Shown here: positions 48,559-58,813 of the stretch, one piece after another
Layout of the letters: the number at the start of each line of letters is the position of its first letter
Numbering within the stretch: position 1 is the stretch's first letter
Source: Verrucomicrobiia bacterium
GTDB lineage: Bacteria > Verrucomicrobiota > Verrucomicrobiia > Limisphaerales > UBA1319
Assembly: GCA_963664225.1 (NCBI GenBank)
Contig: OY760937.1
Location: 1,120,001-1,184,000 of the forward strand
DNA length: 64,000 nucleotides
Direction of reading: 5' to 3'
Translations under genes and position numbers: made by a program
The notes under the pieces: generated by a model
Told to the model about the DNA's origin: nothing
Databases searched by the model: none
What the model saw: the letters and a program-made list of their open reading frames with translations, nothing else

Positions 48559-49413
48559 TCATTCGCCTCGAAGCAATCTTTCAACGAACAAGCGACCCGA
48601 GCGGATATCCTGCATGCGCTGGTCACCACCCTCGCGTTCAAAACAGAAGTAGCCGTCAAAGTGGATGTCCGCCATCGTCTTGAAGAACGACGCCCAGTCC
48701 ACCTGGCCTGTGCCTACCGCGGCCTCCTCGCCCCAGTTGCCGGGCACCCGGGTCAGAATCCCATCCTTGAGATGACAGGACTTCACATAAGGTCCGACCA
48801 ATCGCAGCGCTTCGATGGGATTGCCGTTGTTATAGAGGATCATATTGGCTGGGTCGAAATTCACAGCCACATTCGGGTCGTCGAGATATTGCAGGAAGGC
48901 TTTCAAATCCGGGCCGGTTTCCTGGCCGGTTTCGCAACCGAGGGTGATCCCGGCGGAGGCAAACAGTCGCGCCACTTTGCGAATGCGATCCACGAGCTTT
49001 GCGAAGGTTGGGTTTTGGCGATCATGAGGCACAAATCCCGCATGGAACATCACGAACTTCAAGCCGAGTCTTTGCGCCGTCTTCACCGTGATTTGCGCAT
49101 TGGTCCAGTTTTGATCCCAGGTGGCATCCGGCACCAGACCGCCGGTGAGGCGAATCGATTCCAGAGTCGTGTAATCCTCACCCACCGTACGGAACATGCC
49201 CGACACCGGTGTAATGCCTGCCTTGGCGAACAGTTCCGGCGCCTTGTTCCATAACTCGGGTTTTTCGCGGAATGGATCGAGGTCAAGCTGCACGCGGCTG
49301 AAGCCGGTTTCCTGAAGTTGCCGGATCAAATGTTCCGGCGAAGTGGGCTGCAACGACCAACCGCAAACGGCCAGCCGATTGAGGAAAGCGGAATAGGAAG
49401 GATTTGTTTTCAT
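48559..49413 (-). CDS. Sugar phosphate isomerase/epimerase (xylose-isomerase-like TIM barrel)
   Basis: CETGQE, NFDPANM, HLKD, VGTGQVDW and FERE. Confidence 0.9.
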   Translation of the reverse strand: MKTNPSYSAFLNRLAVCGWSLQPTSPEHLIRQLQETGFSRVQLDLDPFREKPELWNKAPELFAKAGITPVSGMFRTVGEDYTTLESIRLTGGLVPDATWDQNWTNAQITVKTAQRLGLKFVMFHAGFVPHDRQNPTFAKLVDRIRKVARLFASAGITLGCETGQETGPDLKAFLQYLDDPNVAVNFDPANMILYNNGNPIEALRLVGPYVKSCHLKDGILTRVPGNWGEEAAVGTGQVDWASFFKTMADIHFDGYFCFEREGGDQRMQDIRSGRLFVERLLRGE

Positions 49414-49466
49414 AATTGATAGAGGTTAAAACTGGGTTTGTGCAATCATCAATGGGGGTTGTTGGT

Positions 49467-50399
49467 TTAATGCATCTCCACGGCGCAGGTGCCGAGACCG
49501 CCGCGATAGTAATTGAACTGCACATTCGGGTGGTCGCCCAGCAACGACATGGGAACCGCCGTATCCGTAATGCCCTTGGAGATCATATATGCGGTGAGCC
49601 TCTGGCCAAAGGGGTTGTCGTGCATGCCCGCCTGCCAGATGGATACTTTCTCCGCTTTCCAGGTTTCCACAGGGCCGACACTGATGGCCATGGTGGGCAC
49701 TAGAGAAATGTTGCCGCCGCCGCTGGTGCGTGCATTTTGTGCCACAGTCAATGGATGGAGTTTGACCTGACGTGTGGCCAGTTTGCGGTACTCGGAGGGC
49801 GGGGGAGGGGTGTTCTTGTATTTGCCGGTACGTTGGGGCGGATCGTTGAATGCCCAGTGTTTCATGTCTCCCTGGCCGCCCTGCATCACGGCGCAGCGCG
49901 CGCCGGAGTCCCAACTCTTCCGATACGGTGCGGTATCCGCTTTTGGAAAATGGAGATGGGCATCGGGTATGCGTCTCTTTGCATCGATGCGATTGAAGCA
50001 AAGCTCACGATCTGCTTTTTCAAAAGAGAGCGGATGGGTCACCGGCGCCTCCTTTCCATCGATCAACCACTCATCCATGCCCCAGAAATGCCCTGCGCGG
50101 ACATCCAGTCCTAGGGAGTTGACGATACGGGCCACCAGCGGAAGTTGCTCGGTGGGGCCAATGGGACCGCAGATGCCCACAGGATTATCCGCAGTGCTCT
50201 TGCGCCAGGCGTCAACGTATTCCAATGCCTCGGCCAGGTAGAAATCCTCAAGCGTGTCATACAGGACGACTTTGAAGCCCGGACGGGAGAGTCGTTCCAG
50301 ATCGCGCGCGGTCAATCGGATGACGGCCTCGATGAGGTCCGCATCAATGGTCGTATAATCCCACCAATCGGGTGCAAGGGCGCTAAGTTTTCTGGACAT
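49467..50399 (-). CDS. Divergent glucosamine-6-phosphate isomerase/deaminase (NagB-like)
   Basis: FWGMDEW, HPLSF and HWAFNDP, the last resembling NagB HxxFNEP. Confidence 0.75.
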   Translation of the reverse strand: MSRKLSALAPDWWDYTTIDADLIEAVIRLTARDLERLSRPGFKVVLYDTLEDFYLAEALEYVDAWRKSTADNPVGICGPIGPTEQLPLVARIVNSLGLDVRAGHFWGMDEWLIDGKEAPVTHPLSFEKADRELCFNRIDAKRRIPDAHLHFPKADTAPYRKSWDSGARCAVMQGGQGDMKHWAFNDPPQRTGKYKNTPPPPSEYRKLATRQVKLHPLTVAQNARTSGGGNISLVPTMAISVGPVETWKAEKVSIWQAGMHDNPFGQRLTAYMISKGITDTAVPMSLLGDHPNVQFNYYRGGLGTCAVEMH

Positions 50400-50446
50400 A
50401 TAATGAGTTGGCTTATGGTTATAGGTGGTCTGTGAAAGTGGTAACT

Positions 50447-51268
50447 TTATTGTCCGTTTTCAAGCGCAGCTTCGTAGCGTCGGTTGACCATGTAATCGGC
50501 ACCGAGCGCGTCCTTAAGCGGATCGATGTCGGTGGCTGAAAATCCAAGGTGCGAATGTCGTCGCCAGCCTTCAGCGTGGGTGAACCGGCCCGAAAGCCGT
50601 CCGAGTTCTTGCGACATGTCGGCCATTGCCTTCAGGTAGGAGTTCAGCCCCTGGCTGGCATCGAGCCAGGCCTGCTGGCTTTTGTGTTGGGCTAGCGCCT
50701 CGAGCTTGGTCTGATGCACCGGGGCAATATTGACGAACGAGCCCGGCACGATGTTCCGCCTCATGCCATCGCGGAGTCCGTGAGGCAAAGCGTGATACAG
50801 GGTGATATCCCCCTCGACGGCAAAACGTGCGGGGGTGGTTCGGAAATTTGGCATGCCAAGACTGAAGGCGGCGGTCACCGCCAGACGGCAGGTGTTCGTA
50901 TGATCCTCCATGTAGTCGTGCGGCGAGTGGGTGAGGACAATGGAAGGCTTGATTTCGCGCAGCACCGCTGCGAGTTGTCGCAGGGTTTTAAGTTCATAGA
51001 AAATTTCCAGATCATTGACGAAGCCCGGATGCCAGTGCGCGCCGAGCACGCGTGCGGAAGCCCTGGCTTCCTTCCTCCGCATGGCTGCCAATTGTGAAGC
51101 GCCAAATTGGCGACTGCCGCAGCATCCATCGGCGACATTCAAACAGTGAATCTCCCATCCCGCGCGCTGCAACATCAAAAGCGTGCCAGCCATCATGAAT
51201 TCGATGTCGTCAGGATGTGCCCCTATCGCAAGAGCGACTTTAGATGTTTTGCTGTCCGCGGATTTCAT
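50447..51268 (-). CDS. PIG-L/LmbE family N-deacetylase
   Basis: AHPDDIE, R..EA..SA..LG, THS..DY..DH and HKSQ. Confidence 0.92.
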   Translation of the reverse strand: MKSADSKTSKVALAIGAHPDDIEFMMAGTLLMLQRAGWEIHCLNVADGCCGSRQFGASQLAAMRRKEARASARVLGAHWHPGFVNDLEIFYELKTLRQLAAVLREIKPSIVLTHSPHDYMEDHTNTCRLAVTAAFSLGMPNFRTTPARFAVEGDITLYHALPHGLRDGMRRNIVPGSFVNIAPVHQTKLEALAQHKSQQAWLDASQGLNSYLKAMADMSQELGRLSGRFTHAEGWRRHSHLGFSATDIDPLKDALGADYMVNRRYEAALENGQ

Positions 51269-51583
51269 TGGTTTTCACCCTGCATCGCCCTTTCCCTGTG
51301 GCGTTTTATTCAACGGAAATGGAACATCCGGAGTCTAAACTGAATTGCATTGCAGGCGCAAGTCCCCACCGCAAATTGTCCCCACTGCAAATCTCGCATC
51401 ACGCGCCAGACCTTCGACCCGATTGTGGTCATGGCGAACAAATACCGGGAATGGCGCTTGTTCCCGCGACGTGCTATTTTGGCCCGGAATTCGTAATGAG
51501 TTGTTTCATTGCTGCAAGGGGATCGCGGTGATCATTGATGCCTTGAAGCAGAGACCTCATGGCAATTAACTGACAGTGGCATT

Positions 51584-52618
51584 ATGGAATATAGAAAACT
51601 CGGCGGCTCGGGTCTGAAGGTGCCCGTGCTTAGCCTTGGAACCGGCACCTTCGGTGGCGCGGGAGAACTTTTTCGCGCCTGGGGCAATAGCGGCGTGGAG
51701 GAGGCCACCCGCCTGGTGGATATCTGCATTGAAGCAGGCCTTAATATGTTCGATTCAGCCGATGTGTATTCGAATGGATTGGCGGAGGAGATTCTCGGAA
51801 AGGCAATCAAGGGGCGTCGCGATTCAGTGCTCATCTCCACTAAGGCGACTTTCCGTGCCGGGGATGGCCCGAACGATATTGGTTCCTCGCGCCACCATCT
51901 CATCCACGCCGTGGAGGCGAGTTTGCGTCGGTTAGGCACGGACCATATCGACTTGTTTCAACTCCATGGTTTTGACGCGATGACACCGGTTGAGGAAACG
52001 CTAAGCACTCTCGATGATCTCGTTTGCAGCGGGAAGATCCGATACATCGGCTGCTCTAACTTCTCCGGGTGGCACCTCATGAAGTCGCTTGCCGTGTCCG
52101 AGAGATACGGCCTTGTCCGATATGTGGCGCATCAGGCTTATTACTCCCTTATTGGCCGAGATTACGAGTGGGAATTGATGCCCCTGGGGCTGGACCAGAA
52201 AGTGGGCGCTGTTGTCTGGAGCCCGCTGGGCTGGGGACGGTTGACGGGAAAAATCCGTCGTGGCGCGCCTCTGCCGGAAACGACCCGGCTAAAAGGGAAA
52301 GTCTCATCAGAAGCCGGACCCAAAGTGCCTGATGAGTATCTTTTCAAAGTCATCGATGCGCTCGACGCGGTGGCAGCGGAGACCGGCAGGACTGTGCCGC
52401 AGATCGCGCTCAACTGGCTCTTGCAGCGCCCCACGGTTTCCACGGTCATCATTGGCGCGCGCAACGAGGAGCAACTCAGGCAGAATCTCGGAGCGGTTGG
52501 CTGGAAACTCATCCCTGAACAGGTGGCCCGGCTTGACGCCGCAAGTGCAAAGCCGCCTGTCTATCCTTACTGGCACCAACAATTCTTTCCGGAGTTGAAT
52601 CCTTTTCCCGTTTCGTAG
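51584..52618 (+). CDS. Aldo/keto reductase
   Basis: LSLGTGTFG, FDSADVYS.G.AEEILG, ISTK, IDLFQLH and GKIRYIGCSN. Confidence 0.95.
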   Translation: MEYRKLGGSGLKVPVLSLGTGTFGGAGELFRAWGNSGVEEATRLVDICIEAGLNMFDSADVYSNGLAEEILGKAIKGRRDSVLISTKATFRAGDGPNDIGSSRHHLIHAVEASLRRLGTDHIDLFQLHGFDAMTPVEETLSTLDDLVCSGKIRYIGCSNFSGWHLMKSLAVSERYGLVRYVAHQAYYSLIGRDYEWELMPLGLDQKVGAVVWSPLGWGRLTGKIRRGAPLPETTRLKGKVSSEAGPKVPDEYLFKVIDALDAVAAETGRTVPQIALNWLLQRPTVSTVIIGARNEEQLRQNLGAVGWKLIPEQVARLDAASAKPPVYPYWHQQFFPELNPFPVS

Positions 52619-52699
52619 GGAAATTGATTGGGAAGACACGATGATTGTCTGCGGCTTGAAAGTCGATTCAAGAGGTGCATCGGATTCTGTCATGCAATA

Positions 52700-52744
52700 A
52701 AACAGCGGTGTCGCTTGCTCTTCAAGCGGCTCCGCCTGCTGTTT
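52700..52744. terminator. Hairpin between convergent genes, possible bidirectional terminator
   Basis: AAACAGC-GG-t-GTCGCTTG-ctctt-CAAGCGGC-t-CC-gcct-GCTGTTT. Confidence 0.45.
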
Positions 52745-52764
52745 CCTGACTATTCGGAGATGAA

Positions 52765-55170
52765 TTATTCTTTGGGCTTGAAGTTCTTCAAGTTGTCGAT
52801 CAGCGACTTTATCTGGGCGTTGTTTGGATCGAACTTCAGACTCGTTTCCGCAATCAGTAGCGCATCTTTCGCTCGGCCTGAGGTGATCAATAGATTAACG
52901 TAGCGGAAGAGTGTTTCCGGGCTGGTGGGGCAAAGGGCGTAAGCTTGCCGAAAGGCGTAATCAGCTTCTTTCGTCATCCTCTGCTTCTCGTCCGGAGTTC
53001 TGGCGTTGGTGGCGCGCCAGGCGTAAAGGCCGCCAATGGCGCTGCGCAGCTTGGAGAAGGCCTTCTGAGCCCATGTATCCGCGATGAATTGAGGATCGCC
53101 AGTGAATCCACCCAGATCATGCTTGAGGTAAACCTTCTCTGCGAAGGCGGCAATCTCGGCAACCGACGTGTCTTCTTTGAGCCAATCGCCCATCATGGGC
53201 TGGAGATACCGTATCCAATATTCGCGGTCCTTTTGAGCCAGTTCCTGTGAGAGGCTCTCCAGCGGTTTGCGATTGATTTTTAGGATCAGCCCGTTGGGCG
53301 AGAGGTGGGGATACATCCATTCAAGTGGAAAGCTTTCCTCGATGTAAAACTCGCGATCGGGGTTGCGATCGAAAATGGTTTTTGTGAGCAGGCCATTAAT
53401 GTTCATGACGGCGACTTGGCCGCTGACCTGCACTTTGTTGTCTTTCATCCGCACATCTTCGCCTGGCTTGAGTTTGTTCTCATTGAGCCGTCGGGTGGCA
53501 TCGGACGTATATTCCATGAAGGATTTTTGAGAATCTTCACCAGTGAGGGTATGGATGTTCGGGCCATACATCGCCCGCACGTATTCCAAGTAAGTGGCAT
53601 CGGCCAGGGCGTTCTGCGTGATGGTGTAGAATGGTTTTCCATCGGCATGAGATTCGGACATGGCAGTGATCACGCCGCGACCGGGATCGGTGCCGCCGAA
53701 GTAAATGCTGCCGGGCGGTATCGATTTGATGATGTCATTGCCATAGGCCAGAACATATTTTTCCTTCCAGTTGGAAAACTCCTGCCATGCAAGGTCTGTC
53801 TCAAGGATCGGGCTCCAGACCTTATCCAACGAATCATCCGCTTTCGTCCCTTCGTACTGATGGGCCCGTCCACGCATGGCAACCCAAAGATTTGTGGCCT
53901 TGGTCCAATCCCCGGATTTGCCCGCCTCAAAATAGGGCCAAACCTCCGGGGCCACGGGATTTCCTTCAGCCAGCTTCCGCGCCTGGGCTTCCTTGGCTGC
54001 AAAGAAGGAGCGCAAACGGGCATCGAACCACGGCTTCGCATTGGCTTCGGGCGTCGATGCATTGACCTCGGTCTTCTGCGCGGCAACGCAGGCGACCAGT
54101 GCAAGCACGGCGACTGAGCACAAACTTACGAGCAAGGTGTGTGGAGTGCTGCGAGGGCGGGAGGCATCCACGATGGCAGTGATCCGATCCTTCAGGCGCG
54201 AGGACCTGGCCATGGCGATGGCTTCCACCGGAGGCACACAGCGCAAAGTCGTGGCGATTTCCACAAGATGCGTGGCGTAGTCCGAGGCCTTGCAGCCGCC
54301 GTTCAAGACCATGTCATCGCAGGCGCTTTCGCGTTCGATGCGCATCCGCCGCGCAGCCATCCAGACGAGAGGATTGAACCAGTAAGTTGCGCACGCAAGG
54401 CGGGCCACGAGTTGAGTCAGGAAATCCCGGCGTTTCACATGGGAGAGTTCGTGCAGCAGCACGACCTTGCGCCGTTCCTCCGGCCAGTTGTCTGCATTCG
54501 CAGGGAGAAGGATGACTGGGTGTAACCAGCCCCACGTCATAGGCATCACATCTTCATCCGATTGCAGCAGGGTGACAGGCCGTTGAACTGCCAATTCCGC
54601 GCAAAGCTGGCGCAACAACGGATTCCAGTCGGGATTTATCGGAGGCCTCATCTTACGGTGGAACGACCGGAGCCGCAATTGACCCACCACAATCGAAAGG
54701 AGGATGACACTTGCACCGGCCATCCAACCGGCCACTAGCAGAGCGGCCCAGCCTGTGGTAAAACGGGTTGTAAGTTGCGGCCTTGAGCCTCCTTGTGCGG
54801 CGGCGGATTTTGTGGGAGCCGTGACAGATGAAGGCGCAGTCGTTTGAGTTTTGGCAGTCGTGGGCATTCTTGCTGGGACAAACTCGAGGGTGAGGGTGAG
54901 TTCATTATTGGCGTTCGCGCGCGTCCCTACTGTCCATAGCGGCCTTTGCCAGGAGGGCAGCACTTGTGAAAGGACTGGCAAACAGAGTAATCCCGCCAGC
55001 GCCAGGAACCATACCAGGTGACGCGCGGATGAAGCACTCCGACGCAAGCAAAGGCAGGCGCCGCATGCGACAATAAGAATGACGAGGCTTTTCAGTATGG
55101 CATCCAGAAACATCGCAGCGAACTGGGAGTGCTGGAGCGAGTATAATGTGGCAACGGTCCACGGGGTCAT
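52765..55170 (-). CDS. BlaR1-like M56 metallopeptidase with large C-terminal extracytoplasmic domain and TPR
   Basis: TMs; PMTWG..P.I.LP, VLLHELSH..R.D, YWFNPL.W and ERESACDD. Follows a BlaI-family gene. Confidence 0.92.
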   Translation of the reverse strand: MTPWTVATLYSLQHSQFAAMFLDAILKSLVILIVACGACLCLRRSASSARHLVWFLALAGLLCLPVLSQVLPSWQRPLWTVGTRANANNELTLTLEFVPARMPTTAKTQTTAPSSVTAPTKSAAAQGGSRPQLTTRFTTGWAALLVAGWMAGASVILLSIVVGQLRLRSFHRKMRPPINPDWNPLLRQLCAELAVQRPVTLLQSDEDVMPMTWGWLHPVILLPANADNWPEERRKVVLLHELSHVKRRDFLTQLVARLACATYWFNPLVWMAARRMRIERESACDDMVLNGGCKASDYATHLVEIATTLRCVPPVEAIAMARSSRLKDRITAIVDASRPRSTPHTLLVSLCSVAVLALVACVAAQKTEVNASTPEANAKPWFDARLRSFFAAKEAQARKLAEGNPVAPEVWPYFEAGKSGDWTKATNLWVAMRGRAHQYEGTKADDSLDKVWSPILETDLAWQEFSNWKEKYVLAYGNDIIKSIPPGSIYFGGTDPGRGVITAMSESHADGKPFYTITQNALADATYLEYVRAMYGPNIHTLTGEDSQKSFMEYTSDATRRLNENKLKPGEDVRMKDNKVQVSGQVAVMNINGLLTKTIFDRNPDREFYIEESFPLEWMYPHLSPNGLILKINRKPLESLSQELAQKDREYWIRYLQPMMGDWLKEDTSVAEIAAFAEKVYLKHDLGGFTGDPQFIADTWAQKAFSKLRSAIGGLYAWRATNARTPDEKQRMTKEADYAFRQAYALCPTSPETLFRYVNLLITSGRAKDALLIAETSLKFDPNNAQIKSLIDNLKNFKPKE

Positions 55171-55171
55171 A

Positions 55172-55555
55172 TTAGCGGTTATCCTTTCTGGCTTTTTCTA
55201 TGAGTTGTTGAAGATTGGTTAAGTCTGATTCTGAAAGTTTCGTATCCGCCGTCTCGAGAAGGGTCGCCATGGTTTGGGCCACTGACCCTTGAAAAAATGT
55301 CGAGACCACGCGTTTCAAGGCCGAGCGACGTGCAGTCTCGGGCGATGTGCGGGAGACATACACGTAGCGGGCCCCGTCTCGGCGATGGCGCACATGGCCT
55401 TTTTCCTCGAGGATGCGGAGCAGGGCACGAACGGCAGAATAACCTGGAGGTTCGGGCAGGTCGGCGAGGACTTCCGCTGCGGTGGCCTGGCCTTTGGAAT
55501 GGAGAACATCCATGATCTGACGTTCGCGGCGGCTGAGTTGTTGATCGTTATTCAT
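55172..55555 (-). CDS. BlaI/MecI/CopY family transcriptional repressor
   Basis: LSRRERQIMDVL, YSAVRALLRILEEKGHV and FFQGS. Confidence 0.95.
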   Translation of the reverse strand: MNNDQQLSRRERQIMDVLHSKGQATAAEVLADLPEPPGYSAVRALLRILEEKGHVRHRRDGARYVYVSRTSPETARRSALKRVVSTFFQGSVAQTMATLLETADTKLSESDLTNLQQLIEKARKDNR

Positions 55556-55561
55556 GCTTAA

Positions 55562-55622
55562 GTGCTAAAAAAGTAGCACATCGGCCTGAGGTGTCAAAAA
55601 GAATATGCTAAAATATTAGCAT
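55562..55622 (-). promoter_or_regulatory. Promoter (TTGACA-N16-TACTTT) with two TGCTA-N6-TAGCA operators for the BlaI-family repressor
   Basis: GTGCTAAAAAAGTAGCAC at 55562-55579 and ATGCTAAAATATTAGCAT at 55605-55622 flank the -35 box at 55592-55597. Confidence 0.75.
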
Positions 55623-55766
55623 TATTTGTGGGCGCTGAATTCGACCATTGAAACAAGGCGCGCAGGTGCCTGCCATTTACCCCGATCCGGCTTCTTGCAG
55701 AACGAGGCTCTGTATTACTGCGTGCGAATTATTGCAACGGAATCACCAGACAAGAACTGTCATACT

Positions 55767-57107
55767 TCACCGGCCTGCGCCCCAGGCGGTGCCGAAGGGA
55801 TTTATATGAACGCGATAGGTCTTGCTGCTGTGAAGCAGCGAGTGGCGTGTGAGTAGAAATGCCAACGCAATAGTGACTCCCACAATGATACTGATGAGAC
55901 TAAAGGAAATTTCGTGGTTCGTGAAAAATACTGTGGGCACGATCTGGAATAGAATCACCGTGAAAAGCATCAAGGCAAAAGCATCCCTTCCCGCACCCAA
56001 CCAGCTTACAAAAACAACACACATCGCGGCAGGCGCGAGAATTAGCGCATAACTTCTTAAGATCATTATTGCCGACGGAGTACCCGAGGTTAATCCTGAG
56101 ACTCCTGCCACAAAGGCCCCAACCGCGATCAGCGGTAGAAGAACCAATCCAATCATCACAGCGGTGAGTTTGGTGGCGGACATGGGGAGTGTACGCAAAA
56201 GGCGTATTTGCAGCAGTGTGGGCATGATGGCAAAGATAATAATGAGCCAGAAGGGCATCGTATTACCTACACCTGCAATGCTGTCCATGACTCGCTTCAA
56301 CGACGTCAAATGCCCCTGTAAAGCCAAAAACACCGGCATCATGACAAACATCACCAGACCGATTAAGAAGGACCGGACAAACGTCGTGCTGATCAAATAT
56401 GGAATTCCCCCAAACCCCGCGGGCGCACGGTGCTGCCCGCGCGGATCTTTGGACTGCAGCCCCGCGAGACGGAAACTGGCGCGGCCAATGACGAATTGTT
56501 CGGCCCGGAACCAGCCGAAGACGGTCAACGAACCGCCAACTGCCAAAAAGCATCCAAATTTAACGGGAGCTTTCAAAACGTCCTGGAAAAACAAAAAGCC
56601 GCCGCCGATCATCAATCCCCACATCATGCTAAAGAAGACATTTCGCGCGCGAACCCACCAGTTCCCATACCAGCCGCGCGAGGTGCTGAAGATAATGGTG
56701 AAGCCTATCCCCAACCATAGCAGGGTAACGAGGCCACACAGAGCAAGCCGGACGAACGGCACAGTCTTGTCGGGGTGAAACAATTGAAAAGTTTCCGCCC
56801 CTAGGATCAGGATTGCGTTCAACGCGACTGCGGGGATGCCAACGGTCGCGAGCCACCAGGCGCGTCCGATTTGTTTGCACGTCAGCGGCAATGCTGCAAC
56901 GGTGCGTGCGAGACCATGCTGGAAATCAAACGCAAGCAGGAACGCGCCTGTGAATAAGGCGACTTGGATTTGAATGCTCGAAGCCATGTCAAACGTGTTT
57001 TCAAGCGCCCTGCCCGAGGTGGACACACCAATTGCGAATTCAACCACCGCGGCAAGTACCAGCACCCACCACCAGCGCCGATAGTGATCGAGAATCAAGC
57101 GTTTCAT
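55767..57107 (-). CDS. Multi-pass membrane protein, ABC transporter permease partner
   Basis: Many hydrophobic segments; ATGA overlap with the ABC ATPase gene. Confidence 0.75.
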   Translation of the reverse strand: MKRLILDHYRRWWWVLVLAAVVEFAIGVSTSGRALENTFDMASSIQIQVALFTGAFLLAFDFQHGLARTVAALPLTCKQIGRAWWLATVGIPAVALNAILILGAETFQLFHPDKTVPFVRLALCGLVTLLWLGIGFTIIFSTSRGWYGNWWVRARNVFFSMMWGLMIGGGFLFFQDVLKAPVKFGCFLAVGGSLTVFGWFRAEQFVIGRASFRLAGLQSKDPRGQHRAPAGFGGIPYLISTTFVRSFLIGLVMFVMMPVFLALQGHLTSLKRVMDSIAGVGNTMPFWLIIIFAIMPTLLQIRLLRTLPMSATKLTAVMIGLVLLPLIAVGAFVAGVSGLTSGTPSAIMILRSYALILAPAAMCVVFVSWLGAGRDAFALMLFTVILFQIVPTVFFTNHEISFSLISIIVGVTIALAFLLTRHSLLHSSKTYRVHINPFGTAWGAGR

Positions 57108-57985
57108 GCGGCCTCCTCTTCCTTGACGAGGGCCACGAACAAATCCTCCAGCGTCAGGCGCGTGAGCGAGATTTGTTGCGCTCCGCGCGTTTCGAGCCAA
57201 TCCAATGCCCCACTTTCCTGGTCGAGCAAAGCTTGCCAGCGGTTTTCGGTCCGCCTCAAAATGGTAAGGCCCTCTCGATTCTGGAATGTCGTGCCGTTAT
57301 TGGTGAAAAACTCCACAAAGCGGTAGCGGTCCACGACTTTGTCGGTCCGCCCTTCGAGAAGCAGTTTGCCGTCCTTGATCATCCCTATGTGGTCGGCGAA
57401 ACGTTCGATGTCGCTTAAACCATGTGACGAAATCAGCACAGTGTGCTCGCCATCCTCGACGGCCTTGAGAAGTTCGCCGAACACCTGCTGCTTGGAAACA
57501 GCATCGAGGCCGGTGGTCGGTTCATCGAGGATCAATATGTCCGGTCGGCGTGAAAGCGCCAGCAGGAGGCTCAACTTGGTTTTTGCGCCAAAGGACAGTG
57601 TGGCAATTTTGTCCGTATCACTGAGATTAAAGGCCTTCATCAATGTGGCGCAGTAGGAGTCATCCCATTCGGGATAAAAGCCGCGCACGAATCGGATGGC
57701 TTTCCCGACCTTGCCCCAAACCTGGAAATTCAAATCGGGGCTGACATAGGCAGCGCGGCGTTTGAGTGCCACAGCATCGGAGCGATGGTCGAGGTCCAGC
57801 ACGCGTATTTCCCCTGCGTCGTTTCTTCCCATGCCGAAGATCAAATCAATGGCCGTCGTTTTGCCCGCGCCATTCGGTCCGATGAGGCCATAGATCGCGC
57901 CGAGTGGAACAGTCAGGTCAAGGGGCCCGAGTTGGAAGCGTGGATACTTTTTGACAAGTCCGCGGATTTCGATGGCATTGGTCAT
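57104..57985 (-). CDS. ABC transporter ATP-binding protein (YtrB-like)
   Basis: GPNGAGKTT, LSFG, ILDEPTTGLD and ISSH. Confidence 0.95.
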   Translation of the reverse strand: MTNAIEIRGLVKKYPRFQLGPLDLTVPLGAIYGLIGPNGAGKTTAIDLIFGMGRNDAGEIRVLDLDHRSDAVALKRRAAYVSPDLNFQVWGKVGKAIRFVRGFYPEWDDSYCATLMKAFNLSDTDKIATLSFGAKTKLSLLLALSRRPDILILDEPTTGLDAVSKQQVFGELLKAVEDGEHTVLISSHGLSDIERFADHIGMIKDGKLLLEGRTDKVVDRYRFVEFFTNNGTTFQNREGLTILRRTENRWQALLDQESGALDWLETRGAQQISLTRLTLEDLFVALVKEEEAA

Positions 57986-58030
57986 AGTGTCTTTGGGTCG
58001 GGTTTTGGTCTTGGCGCCAATGAAATCCAG

Positions 58031-58300
58031 TCAGCGCAGCGCGAAGGCAATGCCTGCCCCCAGGATGGCGCAGGCGACCGCGGCAATGGCCATTGTCCTC
58101 ATCTGGCCGCGATTTTGGATCCGCTTTCCAAAGGCGGCAAAATAGGCAATCAAGCTGATGACTGAAAAGGCCACCATGGCGATTCCCCCTCCGTATTTGC
58201 CCAATGGCAAAGCCGGGATGATGATTAACAGGATTACGACAAGGGCGGAGGAGAAAGCCACCTCGTCCGCCTTCATTCTCTGCGTCTCATTTGATTTCAT
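58031..58300 (-). CDS. Small three-TM membrane protein
   Basis: Three hydrophobic stretches; lies within the GntR-ABC operon. Confidence 0.65.
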   Translation of the reverse strand: MKSNETQRMKADEVAFSSALVVILLIIIPALPLGKYGGGIAMVAFSVISLIAYFAAFGKRIQNRGQMRTMAIAAVACAILGAGIAFALR

Positions 58301-58402
58301 AAGCATATTGACTGGTTAATGGTGTGTCTGCGTGCCTAAAACCAGTGCCATTAGTGGCATCGGCGGGGACACGTCCGGCAAATTGATTGGAGAGGTCCGC
58401 GT

Positions 58403-58804
58403 TCATTGCTTCTCCTTGAGAATTTCACGGGCAAGTTCAAGAATTTCGGCGGGCTTCAATCCAGCTTCGGCGGCTTCACGAAAGCCCTCACGAAAAAGAC
58501 CGCGCGCTGCGACGAGTTTCGTTTCGCGACTGCGGTCGTGCCCCTGTTCGGCCACAAACGTTCCCAGACCCTGTCGGCGGAAGATGATGCCTTCGCGCTC
58601 CAGTTCCTCGTAAGCCCGCTTGACGGTAATGACGCTGACGAGCAAATCCTCCGCGAGATGGCGGAAAGAGGGCAGGGCGACACCGGGCTCTAGGCGGCCC
58701 TCGCTGATCTCGCGTTTCAGGCGGTCAACGATCTGCTGGTAAAGCGTGCCGCCGGCGGCGGGCGAGATCGGGCCGATCAACCAGGATTTGGGTTCGTTCG
58801 TCAC
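58403..58804 (-). CDS. GntR family, YtrA-subfamily regulator
   Basis: LYQQIV, LPSFR.LA..L.VS..TV.RAY.ELE.EG and G.GTFV, with a short C-terminus, upstream of ABC genes. Start GTG 58804 is inferred. Confidence 0.9.
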   Translation of the reverse strand: MTNEPKSWLIGPISPAAGGTLYQQIVDRLKREISEGRLEPGVALPSFRHLAEDLLVSVITVKRAYEELEREGIIFRRQGLGTFVAEQGHDRSRETKLVAARGLFREGFREAAEAGLKPAEILELAREILKEKQ

Positions 58805-58813
58805 TGTGGATAC

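Noticed and set aside
51479..51496. Sigma54-like TTGGCCCGGAATTCGTA before the aldo/keto reductase
   Set aside because: The -12 element reads GT rather than GC and lacks TTGC; too weak to call.
53305..54117. 270-aa plus-strand ORF, and similar long antisense ORFs such as 10659-11399, 17073-17759 and 48529-49254
   Set aside because: Each lies opposite a well-supported gene, as expected from codon bias in GC-rich DNA.
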